DNA of 64,000 bases from the NCBI GenBank assembly GCA_001189215.1, contig LFCR01000004.1:249635-313634 (forward strand), in the 5' to 3' direction. Shown piece after piece: positions 1 through 9,057 of this stretch. The DNA comes from Parcubacteria bacterium C7867-008 (GTDB lineage Bacteria; Patescibacteriota; Minisyncoccia; Phycocordibacterales; Phycocordibacteraceae). Within the stretch, counting starts at the first letter, position 1. Each line of letters starts with the position of its first letter. The notes beneath the pieces were generated by a model that had not been told where the DNA came from, did not search any database, and worked only from the letters and a program-made list of their open reading frames with translations. The position numbers and the translations under genes were made by a program.

Positions 1-4
1 CTTT

Positions 5-340
5 ATGCGCGATGGTATGCAAATAGGTGATCCAGTTCTCTTCTATCACTCTAGCTGCCCTGTTCCTGGGGTATACGGTATAGCGAAGGTTGTCTCTAAG
101 GCATATGCAGATCCTACGCAGTTTGATTCTTCAAGTTCGTACTACGATCCCAAAGCAACCAAGGGGAAACCAATTTGGTATCTGGTGGATATTGGATTTG
201 TTGAAAAAATACATGAACCAATTACATTGGAAGCACTTAAGAAAGATAAGAGACTCACGAAGATGGCGTTGCTACAAAGAGGCAATAGATTGTCTGTAAT
301 GAGTGTTGAAGAAAGTGAATTTAAGATCATGTGCAGTTAG
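5..340 (+). CDS. EVE domain protein (probably 5'-truncated by the window edge)
   Basis: MxxGDxVLFYHSS...G.YGIAKV...AY.DPTQFD..S.YYDPK...RLSVM.V pattern typical of EVE domains. Confidence 0.85.
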   Translation: MRDGMQIGDPVLFYHSSCPVPGVYGIAKVVSKAYADPTQFDSSSSYYDPKATKGKPIWYLVDIGFVEKIHEPITLEALKKDKRLTKMALLQRGNRLSVMSVEESEFKIMCS

Positions 341-410
341 AGTCCGCACGCTTGCTGCTTGTATAAATCTAACTTCGTCATACCATATTAGGTGCATAAT
401 CACTCTACAC

Positions 411-1202
411 ATGAAACTCTCCACCCTGTGCGCTTTTGGACTAGGAATGTTTCCTTTTCTACTAGTACCCTCCGCAGCATTAGCACATCCTGGTAACACA
501 GACTCTGCAGGTGGCCACACATGCAGGACTAACTGTGCTAATTGGGGCCTGTCCACCGGAGAATATCACTACCACAATTCAAAGGGTCCAGCGCAATCGA
601 GTTACCCGATCCGTAGTACCTACGGTGCAAACGGAACTGGGTATACACAACCGTGGCCAGCATATGCAGAGTCTTCCTATTATTCTGCTCCTTCTTGCCC
701 AGCAAATTCATACTCAAATGGGGCATCATGCACCTGTAATTATGGATATGTAGTTAAAGGAAGCAGTTGTGTATCTGCTGCATTAGCCTGCACCTCTCAG
801 TTAGGTTTAATGTCGAGATATAACTCACTTAGCAGTAGTTGTGAGTGTATGACTGGGTATGAAATTGGTGCTTCAGGTTTGTGCACCTATAAATCTCCCT
901 ATAGCTCATATTCATCCCCTTCTAGCTACTATGGAAGCAGCGCTCTGAGCTGCCCTGCTCACTCCAGTGAGTCACTCACAAATTCGGATAAGTGTACGTG
1001 TGACTCAGGATATCAAGTAAACAAAAAGAAGAATACGTGTGAGAAGATACCTAGCAAAAATAATGATCAAATTTGTAGAGATAGTTTCGGTTCTAAGAGT
1101 AAGTGGAACGGAAAGTTAGAAGATGGCTCCCCCGTTTGTATTTGTAAGGCTAAGTACGAATGGAATGATAAAGCTGATTCCTGCATAAAGAGCAGGAAAT
1201 AG
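411..1202 (+). CDS. Secreted YHYH-motif protein with Cys-rich (EGF-like) repeats
   Basis: Signal peptide ending ALA-HPG, HPGNTDSAGGH...YHYH motif, repeated C-x-C-x2-GY motifs; ATG at 411 preferred over 303. Confidence 0.75.
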   Translation: MKLSTLCAFGLGMFPFLLVPSAALAHPGNTDSAGGHTCRTNCANWGLSTGEYHYHNSKGPAQSSYPIRSTYGANGTGYTQPWPAYAESSYYSAPSCPANSYSNGASCTCNYGYVVKGSSCVSAALACTSQLGLMSRYNSLSSSCECMTGYEIGASGLCTYKSPYSSYSSPSSYYGSSALSCPAHSSESLTNSDKCTCDSGYQVNKKKNTCEKIPSKNNDQICRDSFGSKSKWNGKLEDGSPVCICKAKYEWNDKADSCIKSRK

Positions 1203-1216
1203 TCTTGACCTGTTAT

Positions 1217-1251
1217 TAAAAACAAAGCCCGCTTACGCGGGCTTTGTTTTT
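1217..1251. terminator. Bidirectional intrinsic terminator
   Basis: aaaaacaaagcccgc-ttac-gcgggctttgttttt between convergent genes. Confidence 0.85.
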
Positions 1252-2548
1252 AATAACTCTTCAAACGGCGACTCTTCTCATGAGTCCTGATCTTCTCAAG
1301 TGCCTTTGCTTCAATCTGACGGATACGCTCACGAGTCACACCGAACTCCTTACCCACCTCTTCAAGAGTATGATACACACCGTCAAGAAGACCGTGGCGC
1401 ATTTCAAGAATCTTACGCTCCTTTGGTGAGAGGTCATCGAGGATGTCGCGGACCTGCTCGGTTAGGATACGCTCAGATGATTCCTGTACTGGGGATGGGA
1501 TCTTATCGTCTGCAATGAAGTCTCCAAGCGTAGACTGATCATCACCATCAGAGCCAACAGGGTTCTCAAGAGAAAGCGTGTCTTGATTGATCTTCTCAAT
1601 CTGATAGATCTTATCTACCTCTACACCCATTTCAATAGCGATCTCCTCTGGCTGAGGGTCACGGCCAAGTGCCTGCGCAAGACGGCGTGATACCTGCTTG
1701 TACTTAGCAATGGTCTCCACCATGTGCACAGGAATACGAATAGTGCGAGACTGGTCTGCTAGTGCACGAGTGATTGCCTGACGAATCCACCAGGTTGCAT
1801 AGGTTGAGAACTTGTATCCCTTCTTCCAATCGAACTTGTCTACAGCCTTGAAGAGACCAAGGTTACCTTCCTGAATAAGGTCTAGCAGTGTGAGGTCAGG
1901 TGAACGGCCAACGTACTTCTTTGCGATAGACACAACGAGACGAAGGTTGGAACGAGCAAGAATGTTACGTGCTTCTGCATCACCTGCATCAATGCGCTTA
2001 GCGAGCTCCTTTTCTTCAGCACCGGTAAGGAGTGGGTACTGACCAATCTCACGAAGGTAAATCTGGATGGAATCGTACCCGGTTGATTCACGACCTTTAA
2101 TGTTACGGGTTGCAAGATACTCGTCTGCGTTGTCTTCGAGCATGCCACCCTCGAGAATATCGATACCCGCAGTGGTGAAGCGTTCATAGAGATCATCAAG
2201 GAAGGATACGTCCTCTTCTACGTGTGGGAACTCTTTAAGGATTTCACTGTATGTGATGTATCCACGCTCCTTACCTTTCGCGATAAGACGAGCAGCCTTG
2301 TCCTGATTTGCAGCGGCTGCTTTTGCTTTAACACCGGATACCGCAGCACGCACTACACCCGCAGCACGTACATTCTTAGCAACCTTCTTAGGTGCTACCT
2401 TCTTTACTACTTTCTTTGGTGCAGCCTTTTTAACCACCTTCTTTACAGGCTTTGCAGCTTTCTTAACCACCTTCTTAGGAGCAGCTTTCTTTACAACTTT
2501 TTTGGGTGTCGGCTTCTTTGAAGCTACCTTCTTCTTTGCAGTAGGCAT
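1250..2548 (-). CDS. rpoD: Primary RNA polymerase sigma-70 factor with Lys/Ala/Pro-rich N-terminal extension
   Basis: [36 protein letters not shown], region 4 [20 protein letters not shown]. Confidence 0.95.
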   Translation of the reverse strand: MPTAKKKVASKKPTPKKVVKKAAPKKVVKKAAKPVKKVVKKAAPKKVVKKVAPKKVAKNVRAAGVVRAAVSGVKAKAAAANQDKAARLIAKGKERGYITYSEILKEFPHVEEDVSFLDDLYERFTTAGIDILEGGMLEDNADEYLATRNIKGRESTGYDSIQIYLREIGQYPLLTGAEEKELAKRIDAGDAEARNILARSNLRLVVSIAKKYVGRSPDLTLLDLIQEGNLGLFKAVDKFDWKKGYKFSTYATWWIRQAITRALADQSRTIRIPVHMVETIAKYKQVSRRLAQALGRDPQPEEIAIEMGVEVDKIYQIEKINQDTLSLENPVGSDGDDQSTLGDFIADDKIPSPVQESSERILTEQVRDILDDLSPKERKILEMRHGLLDGVYHTLEEVGKEFGVTRERIRQIEAKALEKIRTHEKSRRLKSY

Positions 2549-2589
2549 AGGGAAAATCAATTAGGGGAATAATTCAGAGAATATAAAAA

Positions 2590-4296
2590 CTACCGAGCAG
2601 AATTCAAAGCAGCGAGCTGTGCGCTAAGGGCACGAAAAGTATGCATCGCTTCGGTTATGGATTCTTGATCGCCCTGTGCTTCAGCGGTACGGAGCTTTTT
2701 TGTAGCATCGTTAAGCTTTGCAGAAAGGACGGTATATTCGAACATCTGGAGCAATTCATCACCCGCGTGCTGATCTGGCGTCTCCCCGTAGGTGAGTCCC
2801 GCCTCGAAAAGGGCTCGCTCGTCCACTGGTAAATCCAGCGAATCGTCAGCGCCTGTAATACGAGCATACTCGCTCTTCACACGATCTGCAAGAGCGGTAT
2901 TGGCATATGCCTGCATAACCGCTAACACCATGCCTCTTCGTACCTCAAGAACGGATGAAGAGATTGGACCAGCTGAAAAGGCACTTCCATAGGTCTCAGA
3001 CTTCTCTTCTGGAGAAACCTCTAATTTAGGAAGTGCACGACGGACAGCTTCTGGAGTTGAGTTCACTGCCCTGGCGATGATCTCAATGAAACGGTTCTGC
3101 TCAAGGGGACTTTTAACGGCAACCACCAGAGGAAGGACTATACCTTCAACGGCTCGCAACAGACGTGTCTCGTCTTTCTCTTGGCTTGAAAGCACGGCAA
3201 GGAAGAACTCAATAATACTCTTGGCGTCTTTAGCGAGTGCGGTGAACGCATGCGGGTCTTCACTCACAATATCTGCAGGATCCTTACCATCTGGCAATCG
3301 AATGGCTTTGACACGCATGCCAGAAAGAAGTGCAGCTCGTGCACTCTTGGCGCTTGCTGCTAAACCCGCTCGGTCTGAGTCTAGGCAGAGCATGAGGTTG
3401 TCTGCATAGCGCTTAATGAGTGAGAGGTGTTGGGTTGAGAGTGCGGTACCCGAAAGTGCGATTGTGTTGGTGAAGCCAGCTTGATGAAGGAGCACGAGAT
3501 CAAACTGCCCTTCTACAAGAATCGCAAACCCTCTCTGACGAATCGCATCTTTTGCACGATCCATGCCGAAGAGAACTTCAGACTTCTTAAAGAGGTCGGT
3601 CTCAGGTGAGTTAAGATACTTTGCTTGATCGTCAGGACTGAGTGCACGACCTGTGAAAGCAACGGTACGCCCTGCTGCATCCCGTATGGGAAACATGAGA
3701 CGGTTCCTGAAACGATCATAGAACGTACCACGTTTCTCATCTGCCTCTTTAATAAGGCCTGCTGTAGTGAGTTCAGGAAGAGTGAAACCTTCACTGGTGA
3801 GAGATTCTAGAAGACTGCGCCACCCATCAGGTGCGAATCCAAGGTTCCACTCAGCAATAGTTTCTTTTGTGAGACCGCGTTTCTGTGCGTAGGCGTATGC
3901 ATCAGTACCGTCACCGAGTGCTCGTGCGAAATATGCTTCTGCCTCGCCCATAGCCTCGCGTAATCGTTCTATACGATCCTTCGACACTTTACTCTCTATG
4001 CTTCCCTGATACACGATCTCTATACCTGCTTTCTCTGCGAGTATCTTCAATGCACCTTTGAAGTCCACACCTTCCATTGCCTGAATGAATGAAAATTGAT
4101 CACCACCCTGACTTGAGGAGAAACAGTAATACGAACCACGCTCTGGGTTTACGTAAAAGGATGGAGTCTTTTCTTTATTAAAAGGAGATAGCCCACGATA
4201 GTACTTCCCTGCTTTCGTGAGCTTCACATAGGGAGAAATAACCTCGATTATCGAAAGTTTATCTTTGACTTGCTGTACGGTATCTTGCCCAGCCAT
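2590..4296 (-). CDS. dnaG: DNA primase
   Basis: N-terminal PF.EKTPSF domain with the zinc ligands largely replaced, DRFRNRLMFPI, KYLNSPET, TOPRIM VEGQFD...DSDRAG. Confidence 0.95.
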   Translation of the reverse strand: MAGQDTVQQVKDKLSIIEVISPYVKLTKAGKYYRGLSPFNKEKTPSFYVNPERGSYYCFSSSQGGDQFSFIQAMEGVDFKGALKILAEKAGIEIVYQGSIESKVSKDRIERLREAMGEAEAYFARALGDGTDAYAYAQKRGLTKETIAEWNLGFAPDGWRSLLESLTSEGFTLPELTTAGLIKEADEKRGTFYDRFRNRLMFPIRDAAGRTVAFTGRALSPDDQAKYLNSPETDLFKKSEVLFGMDRAKDAIRQRGFAILVEGQFDLVLLHQAGFTNTIALSGTALSTQHLSLIKRYADNLMLCLDSDRAGLAASAKSARAALLSGMRVKAIRLPDGKDPADIVSEDPHAFTALAKDAKSIIEFFLAVLSSQEKDETRLLRAVEGIVLPLVVAVKSPLEQNRFIEIIARAVNSTPEAVRRALPKLEVSPEEKSETYGSAFSAGPISSSVLEVRRGMVLAVMQAYANTALADRVKSEYARITGADDSLDLPVDERALFEAGLTYGETPDQHAGDELLQMFEYTVLSAKLNDATKKLRTAEAQGDQESITEAMHTFRALSAQLAALNSAR

Positions 4297-4410
4297 TTAT
4301 CTCATTCTACTCCAGAACGTGGTGGGTGGAAAAAGTCGAACCCCGAGCGCGCAGATGAATCTGCGGCCGGGGCTCTGTGCGCCTCCATTGCTGGAAGCTC
4401 TTCTGGGTTG

Positions 4411-4515
4411 TCAGGCGCCGTCGACCTGGTCGGTCCGGGCGGCGACGGGGGTGGTTGCCTTGCGCGCAGCGGTGGCGACGACGGCGGCCTGTGCCGAGGT
4501 GCTGGCGACGGTCAT
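4411..4515 (-). CDS. Putative 34-aa Ala/Thr-rich peptide (MTVASTSAQAAVVATAARKATTPVAARTDQVDGA)
   Basis: ORF between the duplicated promoter (4593-4641) and a GC hairpin (~4340-4375); no SD visible. Confidence 0.35.
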   Translation of the reverse strand: MTVASTSAQAAVVATAARKATTPVAARTDQVDGA

Positions 4516-4592
4516 CGATTGACAGGAACCAGAGTCAAAGGTGCAGCGAAGCATAGGGATCTCCCATTGCATGGCGTAACGGTGCGTCACGT

Positions 4593-4641
4593 CCCACTCA
4601 CTATACGCCTGTTCATGAAGGGTGCAAGAAGTTATGCACAG
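4593..4641 (-). repeat. 49-bp exact direct repeat, copy 1 (promoter TTGCAC-16-TATAGT on minus strand plus TTATGCACA box)
   Basis: Identical to 4987-5035. Confidence 0.9.
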
Positions 4642-4749
4642 CAATTACAAAATGAATTAACTCACTAAGTATAAGAAAAGGCCCCCAGCGCGTTGCGCCG
4701 GGGAGCCGTGGTGGTGTCTCTTGCGAGACGGAACGGTCCGTTAATGGAC

Positions 4750-4923
4750 CTACTGGGTGTCGACCTGGTGGGTCATCGCGCCGGCGCCGTGGTCCTGGTC
4801 CGAGCTCATGCGGCCGGCGATGTCGGGAGCGGTCTGGCCGGAGTCGGTCGACGGCGCCTGGATCTGGGTCACGAAGCGGTGGGCCTGGGCGAAGGTCGCC
4901 TGGGTGGTGAGACGAGGGGACAT
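4750..4923 (-). CDS. Putative 57-aa peptide (MSPRLTTQ...THQVDTQ)
   Basis: GAGG SD before ATG; flanked by the duplicated promoter and a GC hairpin at ~4680-4708. Confidence 0.45.
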   Translation of the reverse strand: MSPRLTTQATFAQAHRFVTQIQAPSTDSGQTAPDIAGRMSSDQDHGAGAMTHQVDTQ

Positions 4924-4986
4924 GAAGTACCTCTTGTGTCTGCGGTTTCTGAAAACGGCCATATTCCAGTTATCTGGCGTCTGGCA

Positions 4987-5035
4987 CCCACTCACTATAC
5001 GCCTGTTCATGAAGGGTGCAAGAAGTTATGCACAG
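4987..5035 (-). repeat. 49-bp exact direct repeat, copy 2
   Basis: Identical to 4593-4641. Confidence 0.9.
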
Positions 5036-5040
5036 TTACA

Positions 5041-5190
5041 GGAAAACGGCCTTTCGGCCGCTTTTCCTCACGCCCGACCATCAGATGAGTCATCCTTACA
5101 GTTAAATGAATCAGCATTGCTGGGCGGAAACAAAACTCTCGGGCACGAGTTGGCAAGGATATTTCCATTTTAATACTTTAACCAGCAACC
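5041..5190 (-). ncRNA. Candidate structured small RNA
   Basis: TATAGT -10 near 5193-5198, nested stems, terminator ggaaaagcggcc-gaaa-ggccgttttcc. Confidence 0.35.
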
Positions 5191-5247
5191 TAACTATACT
5201 GATTCGAGATAGAAGAAATAGAATGTAGTTATAAAGTTTTACTGAAG

Positions 5248-5289
5248 AAAAAAGAAAAACCACCTGTTAAACAGGTGGTTTTTCTTTTA
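5248..5289. terminator. Intrinsic terminator after rpoC
   Basis: aaaagaaaaaccacctg-ttaaa-caggtggtttttctttt. Confidence 0.85.
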
Positions 5290-5299
5290 GAAGATTGGG

Positions 5300-8200
5300 T
5301 TATGCCTTGAAAGCAACGCCCGGTGCTTCTACCTCTTCTTCTGCGCGAGGCATACGTGCTGCACGAGCTGCCTGAAGATCGTCAATTGACGCGCGCTTCT
5401 TGCTACCCTTGAAGCCTGTACCTGCGGGGATAAGGCGTCCGAGAATCACGTTCTCCTTGAGACCGCGGAGTGTGTCGGTTGAACCCTTAAGCGCAGCATT
5501 GATGAGGATCTTGGTGGTCTGCTCGAATGATGCAGCAGAAAGGAATGAGCGACGTGAGAGTGCAGATTCCTTAATACCGAGCACCATTTCACGAGCTACC
5601 GGAGCAATTTTGCCCTGGTCCTCCATAGCCTTCACTTCCTGCTCCATCTCCCAGTGCTCAACGACGTCATTGATGGACCACTCTGAGTCACCGGTAACGG
5701 TAACCTTAGCGCGTGAGAACATCTGACGTACGACGACTTCGAGGTGCTTGCGAGAAACCGAAGCTCCCTGAAGTTCATAGATCTTCGAAGTCTCAGTGAT
5801 GATGTACTCCTGTACCGCTGCACGGCCTGCGTACTCGAAGAGTTCATCGAGATCTACGGAACCGTCCGTGAGGAGCTGTCCACGTGTTACCGCTTCCCCT
5901 TCCTTCACGAATGACTGACGAGGATATGGTGCAACGTATTCGATTGCGGTTCCATTCTTCTTACCCTGGCCAACCTCAGGCTGTACCACTATAACTTTGT
6001 CTCGTCCCTGATCACGGATCTCCGTTACCACACCGTCTGTCTTAGAAACGGTAGCTGGATTCTTAGGAGAACGCTTCTCAAAGAGTTCTTCAACACGAGG
6101 GAGACCCTGGGTGATGTCTCCACCAACAGAGGCGGTACCTCCAGCGTGGAAGGTACGCATCGTGAGCTGAGTTCCCGGCTCACCGATAGCCTGTGCAGCA
6201 ATCGTACCGACTGCTTCACCGAGGTCTACCATCACCTGTGTGGTGAGATCCATACCGTAACAAGCAGCACAGATACCATAGCGAGTCTCACAAGACATCG
6301 GAGATAGCACCTGAACGCTCTGAATAGAATCGTCAGCAGCTACAGCACGTGCATCATCTGCGGTTAGGTAGTGACGAGTCTTGAACGCACCTGCGGGTGC
6401 TGCAAGTACACGACCACGAGTGCTTTCTGCGAAGTCGATCTTGATACCTGAAGCGGATACGCGATTGATCGCAACACCACGCTTGGTACCACAATCGGTC
6501 TCCGTGATGATAGAGTCCTGCGCCACATCGAAGAGACGACGGGTGAGGTATCCGGCACGAGCGGTACCGAGTGCGGTGTCGGTAAGACCCTTACGTGCAC
6601 CGTGCGTACTCATGAAGTACTCAAGTGGGTTAAGACCTTCCGTCATAGAAGACACAATCGGCACTTCAATAGTCTCTCCAGCAGTGTTCTGGATAAGACC
6701 CTTCATACCTGCCATCTGGGTTAGGTTACCCATCGAACCGCGGGCTCCAGACGTCACCATGTCTGAGACAGAACCCATAGGGTCTAGTGCCTCACCCACG
6801 AGTGCCTCTACTTCCTGCTTAGTGCCGTGCCATACCTCGATGACCATACGACGCTTCTCATCCTCAGAGAGGAGACCGTCCTTGAAGTCTCCTTCAATCT
6901 TCGCGATCTTCTCACGAGCAGCGCTGATAACAGCAACCTTACCTGCAGGAACCTTCACGTCGTCCAGACTCCACGATACGCCAGACTTGGTCGCATACTC
7001 GAAGCCGAACTTCTTGATCTTGTTTACGATGCCTGGAATAGCATCGAGACCGTAGCGTACGATGCTGTCTGCCATGATGCTTGAGAGCACCTTCTTGGTG
7101 ATCGCATCATTAACATACGGATAATCACTTGGAAGGACCGTGTTGAAGAGGAGACGTCCTACGGTTGTCTCGAAAGTCTTTCCTTCGAACATCGCATACT
7201 TCACCTTCTCGGTTGTTGGAAGCACATGAACCTTAGCGCGTAGATCAATACCATCATACTCATACGCAAGGATCGCTGCGTTAGGGGATGCGAAGTACTC
7301 GCCTTCTCCCTTAGCACCAGGTACTTCCTTAGTGAGCCAGTACGTTCCAAGAACGATGTCGAGTGGCTTCTGCGTCATAACAATCATCTCACCAGAACCT
7401 GGCTTGAGGATGTTCTTGTTAGCAGACATGATGTTCGCTGCCTCCCACTGTGCCTCTTCTGAAAGGGGTACGTGGATAGCCATCTGGTCTCCGTCGAAGT
7501 CTGCGTTGAACGCCGGACACACGAGTGGGTGGAGCTGGATAGCATCACCTTCGATAAGACGAGGACGGAATGCCTGGATACCCTGACGGTGCAGTGTAGG
7601 AGCACGGTTCAAGAGAACGTGCTTACCCATAATTGCTTCTTCAAGGATCTCCCACACCTCTGGTACACCGTCTTCAATGAGACGACCGGCACCACGGATG
7701 TTGAAGGCGAGTTCTCGATCAAGGAGTCCTGCGATAACGAATGGACGGAAGAGCTCAAGTGCCATGTGCTTAGGAAGACCACACTCATCGAGTTCGAGGT
7801 CTGGACCCACCACAATCACCGAACGTCCTGAGTAGTCCACACGCTTACCAAGAAGGTTCTGGCGGAAGTATCCCTGCTTACCCTTTAGGTAGTCAGCAAG
7901 AGACTTAAGCGGACGGCGCTGTGCAGGAGTAAGAGCACCACCTGATGCACCACTCTTACGAATAGAGTTGTCTAGAAGAGCATCAACTGCTTCCTGAAGA
8001 ATACGCTTCTCGTTACGGAGAATAACTTCAGGTGCATGGATGTCGAGCAGCTTCTTAAGACGGTTGTTGCGGTTGATCACACGTCGGTAGAGGTCGTTAA
8101 CGTCAGACGTAGCGTGACGACCACCTTCGAGTGCCACCATCGGGCGAAGTGCTGGAGGAATAACAGGGATCTTGGTGAGGAACATCCATTCAGGACGTAC

Positions 8201-9034
8201 TTCAGCAGCGATCATGTTTGCAATAAGTGAGATACGCTTTGCAAGCTTCTCACGCTCTGCAGCACCAGCCTTCGTGTATCGCTCTTCAAGGGTGTCCTTA
8301 AGCTTTGGAAGGTCGAGGGTACGGAAGATATCGTAGATAGCTTCAGCACCGATCTTCGCCTCAAAGAGTGTTCCGTACTTCACGGAGTAGCGGTGGTAGG
8401 ACATTTCGTCGAATACCTTACCTACTACTACTGAGTCGATCTCAGCCTTTGCAGTACTCATGCGCTCCTTAAGAGCGTCACGTGCCGCATCAGTCTCAGA
8501 TGCCTTGTGCTTGGTCTTGTACTCGCTTTCAAGTTCGTTAAGAAGACGCTTCTTGGTCTCTTCGTTTACTTTCGTAACGATGTATCCCGCGAAGTAGATA
8601 ACCTTCTCAAGTTCTGCAGACGGTACACCGAGGAGCTGCGCCATGCGACTTGGCATGGAGCGAAGGAACCAGATGTGCGCTACGGGAGATACGAGCTCGA
8701 TGTGGCCCATGCGCTCACGGCGGACGATGCTGCGGGTTATTTCAACACCACACTTATCACAGATAATGCCCTTATAACGGATACCCTTGTACTTACCGCA
8801 GTAACATTCGTAGTCACGCTCAGGACCAAAGATCTTCTCATCGAAGAGTCCGTGCTTTTCTGAACGCTGCGTACGATAGTTAATGGTTTCTGGCTTGGTG
8901 ATCTCACCACGAGACCACTCAAGAATGCGCTCTGGAGATGCAATCGAGAGACGCAGTGCGTTCCAGTCGTTGCGACGCGGACCGCGTGGTGCGGAACCGT
9001 CGTTCTTCTTTCCCGGGAATGATGTAGGTGCCAT
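5300..9034 (-). CDS. rpoC: RNA polymerase beta' subunit
   Basis: NADFDGD catalytic motif, Zn-binding CYCGK...CDKCG, GEPGTQLTMRTFH. Confidence 0.98.
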   Translation of the reverse strand: MAPTSFPGKKNDGSAPRGPRRNDWNALRLSIASPERILEWSRGEITKPETINYRTQRSEKHGLFDEKIFGPERDYECYCGKYKGIRYKGIICDKCGVEITRSIVRRERMGHIELVSPVAHIWFLRSMPSRMAQLLGVPSAELEKVIYFAGYIVTKVNEETKKRLLNELESEYKTKHKASETDAARDALKERMSTAKAEIDSVVVGKVFDEMSYHRYSVKYGTLFEAKIGAEAIYDIFRTLDLPKLKDTLEERYTKAGAAEREKLAKRISLIANMIAAEVRPEWMFLTKIPVIPPALRPMVALEGGRHATSDVNDLYRRVINRNNRLKKLLDIHAPEVILRNEKRILQEAVDALLDNSIRKSGASGGALTPAQRRPLKSLADYLKGKQGYFRQNLLGKRVDYSGRSVIVVGPDLELDECGLPKHMALELFRPFVIAGLLDRELAFNIRGAGRLIEDGVPEVWEILEEAIMGKHVLLNRAPTLHRQGIQAFRPRLIEGDAIQLHPLVCPAFNADFDGDQMAIHVPLSEEAQWEAANIMSANKNILKPGSGEMIVMTQKPLDIVLGTYWLTKEVPGAKGEGEYFASPNAAILAYEYDGIDLRAKVHVLPTTEKVKYAMFEGKTFETTVGRLLFNTVLPSDYPYVNDAITKKVLSSIMADSIVRYGLDAIPGIVNKIKKFGFEYATKSGVSWSLDDVKVPAGKVAVISAAREKIAKIEGDFKDGLLSEDEKRRMVIEVWHGTKQEVEALVGEALDPMGSVSDMVTSGARGSMGNLTQMAGMKGLIQNTAGETIEVPIVSSMTEGLNPLEYFMSTHGARKGLTDTALGTARAGYLTRRLFDVAQDSIITETDCGTKRGVAINRVSASGIKIDFAESTRGRVLAAPAGAFKTRHYLTADDARAVAADDSIQSVQVLSPMSCETRYGICAACYGMDLTTQVMVDLGEAVGTIAAQAIGEPGTQLTMRTFHAGGTASVGGDITQGLPRVEELFEKRSPKNPATVSKTDGVVTEIRDQGRDKVIVVQPEVGQGKKNGTAIEYVAPYPRQSFVKEGEAVTRGQLLTDGSVDLDELFEYAGRAAVQEYIITETSKIYELQGASVSRKHLEVVVRQMFSRAKVTVTGDSEWSINDVVEHWEMEQEVKAMEDQGKIAPVAREMVLGIKESALSRRSFLSAASFEQTTKILINAALKGSTDTLRGLKENVILGRLIPAGTGFKGSKKRASIDDLQAARAARMPRAEEEVEAPGVAFKA

Positions 9035-9057
9035 AGAAGTGGAATTAGAAGATACGA

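Noticed and set aside
4593-5035. Possible CRISPR array
   Set aside because: Only two copies, 345 bp apart, and no cas genes
4270-5173. Plus-strand ORFs of 131-138 aa, two of which share PLTIRLFMKGARSYAQ
   Set aside because: The shared peptide is just the translated 49-bp repeat; promoter, SD and terminator polarity point to the minus strand
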